Assembly (NCBI GenBank): GCA_035688805.1
Contig: DASSMQ010000006.1
Coordinates: 15,012 to 79,011, forward strand
Source: Candidatus Limnocylindrales bacterium
GTDB lineage: Bacteria; Chloroflexota; Limnocylindria; Limnocylindrales; CSP1-4
Length of the DNA: 64,000 nucleotides
Direction: 5' to 3'
The position numbers were made by a program, and so were the translations under genes. The notes under the pieces are model-generated. The model was not told where the DNA came from and made no database searches. It worked only from the letters and a program-made list of their open reading frames with translations. Each line of letters starts with the position of its first letter. The first letter of the stretch is position 1. Below are positions 22,969 to 30,286 of the stretch, piece by piece.

Positions 22969-25900
22969 CTAGCCGAGCCGACGCATGCCGGCATGCCCGA
23001 GCTGTCGGACCCCACCAGGTTGCTCCGGCCCGCCGACCGTGGCGACCACCTCGGGGAGTGGCTTGATGTCGCGAGCGACGAGGTTGACGACCTTGCCTTC
23101 GCGCTGGAGCTCACCATCGACCAGCAGCAGGGCGTGCCGGCGGACCACGCCGCGTAACCGTTCCCAGACGTTCGGCCAGAGGGTCACATTCACCATCCCG
23201 GTCTCGTCCTCGAGCGCCAGGAAGACCGTGCCCTTGGCGGTCATCGGATGCTGCCGGGTGACGACTAGTCCTCCCACCCGGACCCGGCCCGGCCGCCGAT
23301 CGGCCAGTGACGCATTCGGCACCGCCCCGAGTCGATCGAGCGCGGTCCGGAAGAGCCCGACCACCTGCCGGCGGGCATCGACCCCCAGTACCGCATAGGC
23401 GTCACCGACCCGCTCGGACTCGGTGATCGCCGGCAGGTCGGGCGCATCGGTCGCCGGGAGTCGGAGATCCAGCGGCCGGCCCGCTGCCGCGTGCCGCTTG
23501 CCGGCGGCCCGCCCGAGGGCACGGACCGTCCGGCCATCCATCCGACCGCGTGACGCCCCGGCCACCTCGCGCAACTGCCAGAGCAGCTCCCGCCGTGGCC
23601 GGTCCAACGAGTCCATCGCGCCGCTGCGGATGAGTCGCTCGAGCACCTCCTCGGGCAGGCCCGTCCGTTCGACCACGTCGACCAGGTTCCGATACGGGCC
23701 GCGGGCCCGCTCGGCATCGAGCGCTGCCTGGTGCTGCTCCCCGATGCCCTTCACCAGGCCGAGCCCGAGCCGGACCGCCCAGCCGGCGGTCACCGCCGGC
23801 GTCCAGCGCTCCCGCGACGACGCGGAGGGAACGATGCACGCGGAGGAGACGACCGGGTCGGGCTGTGCGTCTGGGCCGATCCACTCGGTCGTCGTCGCGT
23901 AGCACGACGCGTTGACGTCCACGGGCAGCACCGCTACCCCGTGGCGCTTCGTGTCGTTGACCAGGACCTCGACCGGATAGAAGCCCATCGGCTGGGCATT
24001 GATCAGCCCGACCAGGAACTGGGCGGGGTAGAACAGCTTGAGGAAGGCCGACTCGTAGGCGGTCCGGGCGAAGGCCGCCGCGTGCGACTTGGCGAACCCG
24101 AAACTGGCGAACGCGGCGACCTGGCGAAACAGCTCCTCGGCGGTCTCGAGCTCGAGCCCGGGCTGGCGCAGCGCCCCGTCGACGAACCGGTGATGGAGCT
24201 TCTCCATCTCGCGCGATGAACGCCAGGTCCCCATCGCTCGCCGGAAGCCATCCGATTCGGCCGGGCTGAACCCGGCCACCTCGATGGCGATGCGCATGAC
24301 CTGCTCCTGGTAGAGGATCACTCCGAGCGTGTCCTTCAGCACGGGCTCCAGGCTGGGGTGCAGGTAGACGACCGGCTCGAGGCCCTGCTTGCGGCGCAGG
24401 TACGGGTGGACGGCGTTGCCCTGGATCGGCCCGGGTCGGATGATCGCCACCTCGACCACCAGGTCATCGAGCCTGCCCGGCCGCGACTTGGGGAGCGTCT
24501 GCATCTGTGCCCGGCTCTCGACCTGGAAGACGCCCACCGTGTCGGCCGCCTGGAGCATCGCGAAGACCTCGGGCACGTCCTCGGGCAGGCGGTCGAGATC
24601 GAGGCAGACCGCACAGTCATGCTCGATGAGCTGCAGGGTCTCGTCCATCGCGGCGAGCATCCCGAGACCGAGCAGGTCGAGCTTGATGAGCTTGAGCGTC
24701 TCGACGTCGCGCTTGTCGAACTGGACGACCACCCGGTCGGGCATCGTGGCCCGCTCGAGCGGGGCGAGGTCGATGAGGGGGGCGGCCGTGACGAGCATGC
24801 CGCCGCTATGGATGCTGAGGTGACGCGGGAACCCGTCGATCCGGGCGCAGAACTCGAGCCAGCGCTCCCAGTGGGAGAGGCCGACCGTCGAGCCGCCACG
24901 GGCCTGCGGCGGTGGCTCGGGCACGATGCGGGCGACCGAGCTCGCATTCGCTGGGGTCGGCGGGGGATCCCACATGATCGGCCTGCCGAGACGATCGGTC
25001 TTCCGTGGTGGCGGCAGGGTCATGCCGCTCTCCGGATCGACCGGGACGGGTCCCTGGCCCAGCGGGGGTGTGCCATAGCCCGTCCCCCGCCCGGCTCGCA
25101 GCCAGGCCACGCTCGCCGGCGTGTCGCCCGGTCCGCCCTCGTCGTCGGACGGCCCGCGGCGGATCGTCGTGACCGGTGCGAGCGGGTCCTCGCGGAACGC
25201 GGCATCACCACGCTCCGTGGCATTGCCCTCCTCGGTGGTCGATTCCCGGAGCCAGGCGAACGGACGCGGCGCGTCCGGGTCCACCGGGGTCCGCGGCTGC
25301 TTCCACGGTGGCACCTTCCCGATCAGGGGCAGCCGCTTGTTCAACTGGCCCATGCCATCGACCAGCCCGTGCGCCTCCGCCTGTTCGGCCGCGCCGGCCT
25401 CCGGTGGCAGGCCCTCCCCGGATCGTCGGAAGAACTCGGCGAACCCGCCGTCGGCCTCGAGGTCGCGCCGGACCATGACCGAGTCGTACGTCTCGAGCGC
25501 CTTCGCGACCCGATCTACCAGGGGCCGCGGGAAGCCGAGCGCATAGCCCACCTCGCGCACCGCCGAACGCGCCCGGTAGGTGACAAGGTTGCAGACCATC
25601 CCCGTGTGCTCCGGCCCGTAGCGTCGGTAGATGTACTGGATGACCTCCTCGCGCCGAGCCGAGCTGAAGTCGATGTCGACGTCCGGGTACGTCGTCCGAC
25701 CCGGATTGATGAACCGCTCGAACAGGAGGTCGTGGGCGATCGGCTCGACGCGGCTGATCCCGAGGGTGTACGACACGATCGAACTGGTCGCGCTCCCCCG
25801 ACCCTGGGCCGGGATGCCCTGCTCCCTCGCGAAGCGCATCAGGTCCCAGCAGATGAGGAAGAACTCGGCAAGGCCGGCTCGCTCGATGACGTCGAGTTCA

Positions 25901-27072
25901 TGGGCGAGCCGCTTGACCACCGCCGAGGTCAACGGGTGATAGCGCCGCCGTGCGCCGGTCCAGCACAGCTCGGAGAGATGAGAGAACGGTGTCTCACCCT
26001 CAGGGACCGGGAAGCCCGGGAACCGGTACTGCTCGAACCCGAGATCGACCGAGCACGATGCCGCGATCTCGACCGAGTTGGCGATCCCCTCGCGCCAGGC
26101 ACGGGCAGCACTCGACTCGAGCGAGTCGCCGAGCGTTGCCAGCGCCTCGCCCGATTTCAGGAAGGACTCGCCGTCCGGCCGACGCAGATCGGCCAGCGTG
26201 TCGAGCGTCCGGCCGTGTCGGATGGCGGTCAGCACGTCGTGGAACTCGCGGTCGTCGGCCGTCGCGTAATGGACGTCGTTGGTGACCACGACGGGCAGGC
26301 CGAGCTCGATCGCCAGCGCGGCCGATTCGGCGACCAGCCAGTCGTCGTCGGGCAGGAGATGGTGCGACAGCTCGATGAAGAACCCGCTCGTCGACGGGCC
26401 ATCGCCGCGGCCGAAGAGCGTCGCATAGCGCTCGGCGACAGCGCGCGCGCCGGCCCGATCGCCGACCCGCAGGCGTCGCGCGATCTCCCCCTCGCGACAA
26501 GCCGACAGCGCGACCAGGCCATCGTGATCAGCCTCGAGCAGGTCGTGCGTGATGCGCGGCATCGCCTTGGTCCCGGCCAGGTTGGCGTGCGACACCAGGC
26601 GACTCAGGCTGCGCCAGCCGGCAGGGGTCCGGGCGAGGAGCACGAGGTGTGGGCCGCGGGCCCGGTCCCCGACCCCGCGCACATCTTCCTTGACCAGGTC
26701 GCGGTGACCGGGCAGACGGGCGCGATCGGGTCGCGGCCGCACGGGCCGGCCGTCGGTGATCGTCGGCTCGACGGCCGGAGACTCGCCCTGCCGGCGGCGT
26801 GGCCGGCGGCGAGACGGGACCACCACCCGGCCGGGATCGGGCACGGCCGTATCGATCAGGTCGATCTCGGTCCCGACGACGCCAGGGAGGCCAGCCTCCT
26901 CGGCGGCACTCATGAACCGGACGGCGCCGTACAGCCCGTTCCGATCCGTCGCAGCGAGGGCGGTCAGCCCCAGGGCGACGGCCCGCTCGACCAGGTCGTC
27001 CGGCGGCGAGGCGCCATCGAGGAACGAGAAGTTGGTGTGGGCGTGGAGTTCGGCGTATGGGATGGTCGCCAC
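22969..27072 (-). CDS. dnaE2: error-prone DNA polymerase DnaE2 (ImuC) with two low-complexity insertions
   Basis: DnaE2-type N-terminus YAELHAHTNFSFLDGASPPDDL; PHP, palm (RHLSIHSGGML) and OB domains. An SOS box lies 43 bp upstream, and imuA-imuB are nearby. 1367 aa, against ~1090 typical. Confidence 0.85.
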   Translation of the reverse strand: MATIPYAELHAHTNFSFLDGASPPDDLVERAVALGLTALAATDRNGLYGAVRFMSAAEEAGLPGVVGTEIDLIDTAVPDPGRVVVPSRRRPRRRQGESPAVEPTITDGRPVRPRPDRARLPGHRDLVKEDVRGVGDRARGPHLVLLARTPAGWRSLSRLVSHANLAGTKAMPRITHDLLEADHDGLVALSACREGEIARRLRVGDRAGARAVAERYATLFGRGDGPSTSGFFIELSHHLLPDDDWLVAESAALAIELGLPVVVTNDVHYATADDREFHDVLTAIRHGRTLDTLADLRRPDGESFLKSGEALATLGDSLESSAARAWREGIANSVEIAASCSVDLGFEQYRFPGFPVPEGETPFSHLSELCWTGARRRYHPLTSAVVKRLAHELDVIERAGLAEFFLICWDLMRFAREQGIPAQGRGSATSSIVSYTLGISRVEPIAHDLLFERFINPGRTTYPDVDIDFSSARREEVIQYIYRRYGPEHTGMVCNLVTYRARSAVREVGYALGFPRPLVDRVAKALETYDSVMVRRDLEADGGFAEFFRRSGEGLPPEAGAAEQAEAHGLVDGMGQLNKRLPLIGKVPPWKQPRTPVDPDAPRPFAWLRESTTEEGNATERGDAAFREDPLAPVTTIRRGPSDDEGGPGDTPASVAWLRAGRGTGYGTPPLGQGPVPVDPESGMTLPPPRKTDRLGRPIMWDPPPTPANASSVARIVPEPPPQARGGSTVGLSHWERWLEFCARIDGFPRHLSIHSGGMLVTAAPLIDLAPLERATMPDRVVVQFDKRDVETLKLIKLDLLGLGMLAAMDETLQLIEHDCAVCLDLDRLPEDVPEVFAMLQAADTVGVFQVESRAQMQTLPKSRPGRLDDLVVEVAIIRPGPIQGNAVHPYLRRKQGLEPVVYLHPSLEPVLKDTLGVILYQEQVMRIAIEVAGFSPAESDGFRRAMGTWRSSREMEKLHHRFVDGALRQPGLELETAEELFRQVAAFASFGFAKSHAAAFARTAYESAFLKLFYPAQFLVGLINAQPMGFYPVEVLVNDTKRHGVAVLPVDVNASCYATTTEWIGPDAQPDPVVSSACIVPSASSRERWTPAVTAGWAVRLGLGLVKGIGEQHQAALDAERARGPYRNLVDVVERTGLPEEVLERLIRSGAMDSLDRPRRELLWQLREVAGASRGRMDGRTVRALGRAAGKRHAAAGRPLDLRLPATDAPDLPAITESERVGDAYAVLGVDARRQVVGLFRTALDRLGAVPNASLADRRPGRVRVGGLVVTRQHPMTAKGTVFLALEDETGMVNVTLWPNVWERLRGVVRRHALLLVDGELQREGKVVNLVARDIKPLPEVVATVGGPEQPGGVRQLGHAGMRRLG

Positions 27073-27114
27073 GGCTGCTCCGGTCGGTGGCCGGTCGGAT
27101 CGGGGCGGACAGTA

Positions 27115-27130
27115 TAGAACGCATGTTCTA
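27115..27130. promoter_or_regulatory. LexA-type SOS box TAGAACgcatGTTCTA (perfect palindrome, GAAC-N4-GTTC core)
   Basis: Read directly. It sits in the divergent region 43 bp from the dnaE2 start and 57 bp from the GH18 gene start. Confidence 0.75.
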
Positions 27131-27186
27131 TCAGGGGAAGCCCACCCATCCGCAGGACCAATGAGGGGCTGGACGACCGCAACTCG

Positions 27187-28725
27187 ATGGGCTTACCTGA
27201 CCGGGTGCGATCGACCCGTCACCGTCGCCATGCCGCCTGGTCTCGCCTCGTCCTCACCCTGACCGCCGCGGTCACGCTCTTGGCCGGGATCGCGGGCCCG
27301 ATCCCCGCTGTCCGGGCCGCGGACATCCGACCGCGGATCACCGGGATCGCGCCCCTGACCCACGAGGTCTACGGGTATCTCCCCTACTGGCGCCTGGATG
27401 CCGGCACGGTCGACCGGCTGCACTACGACCTCGTGTCGACCATCGCGTTCTTCGGCCTCGGGATCCTCGGGACGGGGGCGATCGACACGTCCTGGATCGG
27501 CTATCGGGCGTACATCGGCGACGACGCGGCGGCGGTCACCAATGCCGCCCACGACCACGGGGTTCGGGTCGTTCCCACGTTCCAGCTGTTCGATTCGGCG
27601 ACCGGCGCGCCCAAGATGACGGCGTTCCTCGGCAGTCGGTCGGCGCAGGACCGGTTCATCGGCGAGGCGCTCGACCTCATGGCCGCACGGAGCGCCGACG
27701 GTGCCGGGCTCGACTTCGAACCGGTCGGCGCCCTGGCCGCGCGCGCCTCGGAGTACGTCGCCTTCGTGGCCCGGTTCCGGGGCGCGATGAAGGCCCGCTT
27801 CCCGGGAGCCACGCTGGTGACCGCGACCTCGGCTGGGGCGACCCAGGAGCTCGTCCAGGGTGTCGCCCCATACGTCGATCATCAGATGGTGATGACCTAC
27901 AACTACCGCTCCTCCGGCTCGACGATCGCCGGCGCGGTTGCCCCGCTCGATCACGCGACGAGGAACGTCAAGAAGCACATCACCCGGATGCTGGGCTGGG
28001 TGCCGGCACGCTCCTTGCTGCTCGGCGAGCCCTATTACGGATACGACTGGCCGGTCACCAGCGCCATCCCGAACGCGACGGTCCAGTCGGACAAGTCGAC
28101 CTATGGCCCCGTCCGGAGCGTCACCTACGCCAGTGCCCGCGATTTCCTGGCCGCGCACCCGAGTGTCGTCCGGCGCTACGACTCTCTCGAGGGGAGCGCC
28201 TTCTACTGGTACTACGACAGCACGAAGCGGACCTACCGCGAAGCCTATTTCGACGATGAGCGGAGCCTCGCCGCGAAGGACGACTACGCGATCGCCACCG
28301 GCCTTGGCGGGATCGGCATCTGGACGCTCGACAACGACCGCGGCTACCGGCAGCTGTGGGACGTCCTCCGTTCGAAGTTCTACGCCCCGGTCCTGAGCAT
28401 GTCGGTCCGGGCGTCGGTCAGCGACCTGACCCGGGTATCCGGGGTCGTGTCCGTGGTCGTCCATGCCGGAGCCACGAATACGGGGACCGTGCCGCTGACC
28501 GGATCGCTGCGCTGGGCGATCCGCGACCCAGGTGGCCGAGTCGTGGCCAGCGGTCATTGGCCGACCACCGTCGTCTACCCTGGCCGGAGCACGAGTCACG
28601 CCGTCCGTGCCGCCCTCGGGCTGGCCACCTCCCTGCCAGCCGGCACCTACCACCTTCGGGTGCGGTTCGTGACGTCGACGAAGGCCTACGGGCCGCCGGA
28701 CGTGGCCTTCCGCCAGCCGTACTGA
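27187..28725 (+). CDS. secreted glycoside hydrolase family 18 (chitinase-like) protein
   Basis: Signal peptide ending AVRA-AD. GH18 catalytic-region motif DGAGLDFEP (DxxDxDxE with the middle Asp replaced by Gly). 512 aa. Confidence 0.65.
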   Translation: MGLPDRVRSTRHRRHAAWSRLVLTLTAAVTLLAGIAGPIPAVRAADIRPRITGIAPLTHEVYGYLPYWRLDAGTVDRLHYDLVSTIAFFGLGILGTGAIDTSWIGYRAYIGDDAAAVTNAAHDHGVRVVPTFQLFDSATGAPKMTAFLGSRSAQDRFIGEALDLMAARSADGAGLDFEPVGALAARASEYVAFVARFRGAMKARFPGATLVTATSAGATQELVQGVAPYVDHQMVMTYNYRSSGSTIAGAVAPLDHATRNVKKHITRMLGWVPARSLLLGEPYYGYDWPVTSAIPNATVQSDKSTYGPVRSVTYASARDFLAAHPSVVRRYDSLEGSAFYWYYDSTKRTYREAYFDDERSLAAKDDYAIATGLGGIGIWTLDNDRGYRQLWDVLRSKFYAPVLSMSVRASVSDLTRVSGVVSVVVHAGATNTGTVPLTGSLRWAIRDPGGRVVASGHWPTTVVYPGRSTSHAVRAALGLATSLPAGTYHLRVRFVTSTKAYGPPDVAFRQPY

Positions 28726-28800
28726 CGGGCCCTCCCACGACGGGACCATCGATCCCGCCCACCCGTGCAACAACTCGCCGCGCTCCGGCGTCTCTTGGCC

Positions 28801-28944
28801 ATGCACGCTCCCAGCCACCTCGATCGCCCGCTTCGACCGGCCGCTGCGGCCGCGTTCCGGACGGCCCTCGCGGTGGTGGTGGCGTCGCTGCTGATCCTCG
28901 TCGTCCTCCCCGCGATGCTCGCGGTCCAGGCGACGACGATCTAG
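28801..28944 (+). CDS. small hydrophobic peptide, 47 aa, single TM (not in ORF track)
   Basis: ATG...TAG translates MHAPSHLDRPLRPAAAAAFRTALAVVVASLLILVVLPAMLAVQATTI. Confidence 0.3.
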   Translation: MHAPSHLDRPLRPAAAAAFRTALAVVVASLLILVVLPAMLAVQATTI

Positions 28945-29050
28945 CACCAACCGACGTCTCGGCGCCTGGGGGCTCGGGACGATCGTCGGCGATCGACTGC
29001 GATAGCCGATCCGCCGACCTGCCGGATCGCTGGTGAGCGAGGATCCGGCC

Positions 29051-29085
29051 ACAGGACCCCGTCGCTGGGGGCGACGGGGTCCTGT
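29051..29085 (+). terminator. 15-bp perfect-stem hairpin (ACAGGACCCCGTCGC-tgggg-GCGACGGGGTCCTGT), followed by 14-bp palindrome GGGCCGATCGGCCC at 29093..29106
   Basis: Read directly. It lies between the first small peptide and the lipoprotein gene. Confidence 0.55.
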
Positions 29086-29130
29086 CACGTCCGGGGGCCG
29101 ATCGGCCCGCAGCCCGTAGACTCATCCGAC

Positions 29131-29670
29131 ATGACATCGCGAACCCGCCGCCTCCTGATGACGATCGTGACGATGGCACTTCTGGGCGGGTGTGGCGGCA
29201 CGTCGCCCGGCAGCCCCGGACCGTCGACTGCCGCGACGGCGACCGCGGCCGCTTCGACGCCGGCCGGGGGACCGAGCACCAGCGCATCGGCCGAACCGAC
29301 CGCCACGACCCCGCGTGCCGGTCCCGCGGTGGGTCAGACCGACACCGACTGGGGCCGGATCTGGGACGCCGTCCCGACCGATTTCCCGCGGTTCCCAGGA
29401 TCGAAGGTCGCCGATGACACGGGCGAGGCGCCGGTCAGCGCCCGGTTCGCGGTCGACGGCGGCGATCCCAAGGCGATGGCCGCCTGGATGCAGTCGGCGA
29501 TGGAGACGGCCGCGTACAGTACGGAGGGCCTCAACGGGCCCCTCGAGGATGGCAGCATGGTCCTCGAATCGGTCGGGGATGGCGGCTGTCGCATCCAGAC
29601 GACGATCGCCCCGCTCGGCGGGACGGTCTTCGTGACGATCCGGTACGGCGCCGCCTGCCCGCTGCACTGA
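29131..29670 (+). CDS. hypothetical lipoprotein
   Basis: Signal with lipobox MALLGGC; 179 aa; no recognised domain. Confidence 0.55.
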   Translation: MTSRTRRLLMTIVTMALLGGCGGTSPGSPGPSTAATATAAASTPAGGPSTSASAEPTATTPRAGPAVGQTDTDWGRIWDAVPTDFPRFPGSKVADDTGEAPVSARFAVDGGDPKAMAAWMQSAMETAAYSTEGLNGPLEDGSMVLESVGDGGCRIQTTIAPLGGTVFVTIRYGAACPLH

Positions 29671-29691
29671 CCACAGGAGCATCGATCGCGC

Positions 29692-29799
29692 ATGCAGCCC
29701 CGCTCCACCGACTTCCTTGGTGCCGCGCTCCTGGCCATCGTCCTGATCGGGCTGGTGGTGATCCTGTTCGTCGGCAATATCCCGGCGGCCACCGCCTGA
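29692..29799 (+). CDS. small hydrophobic peptide, 35 aa, single TM (not in ORF track)
   Basis: MQPRSTDFLGAALLAIVLIGLVVILFVGNIPAATA. AGGAG sits 12 nt upstream, and the ATG is 21 bp after the lipoprotein stop. Confidence 0.4.
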   Translation: MQPRSTDFLGAALLAIVLIGLVVILFVGNIPAATA

Positions 29800-29904
29800 A
29801 TCCGGTAGCTGCGCGCGGTTCTCGTCGCGCGTTGTGCTCGCCCCGCCGCTATGCTGTGGCTGGATCGACCGGGACTTCGGTCCGGACAGGGGGAACGCCG
29901 CTCC

Positions 29905-30009
29905 ATGCAATCGGCACGACCGCGTGATCTGGGTGTCCTCGTCCTCGCGATGGGGGTCCTGCTCGTTCTGTTCGTGGTGAGCCTGACGCTCGGGTCGCCG
30001 TTGCGCTGA
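29905..30009 (+). CDS. small hydrophobic peptide, 34 aa, single TM, paralog-like of the preceding one (not in ORF track)
   Basis: MQSARPRDLGVLVLAMGVLLVLFVVSLTLGSPLR shares the MQ..R.D(F/L)LG..LLA..L.GL.V.LFV pattern with the peptide at 29692..29799. Confidence 0.4.
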   Translation: MQSARPRDLGVLVLAMGVLLVLFVVSLTLGSPLR

Positions 30010-30028
30010 GTCCGGTCCGGCACGGACG

Positions 30029-30286
30029 TCAGTCGTACAGACGTTCGATATGCCAGGTGCCGGCGATCCGGTCGAGATAGACGAGCGCGAGCCAGCGTTC
30101 GCCCACGACCTTCGCGTACTCGCGGGCGATCGGATCGCGCCACCACGACTCATCGACCCGCCAGCGGTTGCACACCTCGACCGCCTCGCGACGCCCGTTC
30201 CAGCGGATGGCGATGAGCCGTCCATCGCCATCGAGCTCGACGTCGATGCGCGGATGCTCGCGCAGGAGGCGGGTCATGCCGGCCAT
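30029..30286 (-). CDS. hypothetical small protein (about 82-85 aa) translationally coupled to imuB stop
   Basis: M(AGM)TRLLREHPRIDVELDGDGRLIAIRWNGRREAVEVCNRWRVDESWWRDPIAREYAKVVGERWLALVYLDRIAGTWHIERLYD. An alternative ATG at 30275..30277 overlaps the imuB TGA (ATGA). The part of the track ORF upstream of this overlaps imuB. Confidence 0.5.
   Translation of the reverse strand: MAGMTRLLREHPRIDVELDGDGRLIAIRWNGRREAVEVCNRWRVDESWWRDPIAREYAKVVGERWLALVYLDRIAGTWHIERLYD

Noticed and set aside
24870-25440. Intein in DnaE2
   Set aside because: The inserted segment is low complexity and lacks intein blocks (N-terminal Cys/Ser, block B TxxH, C-terminal HN + Cys/Ser/Thr) and any homing-endonuclease motif.
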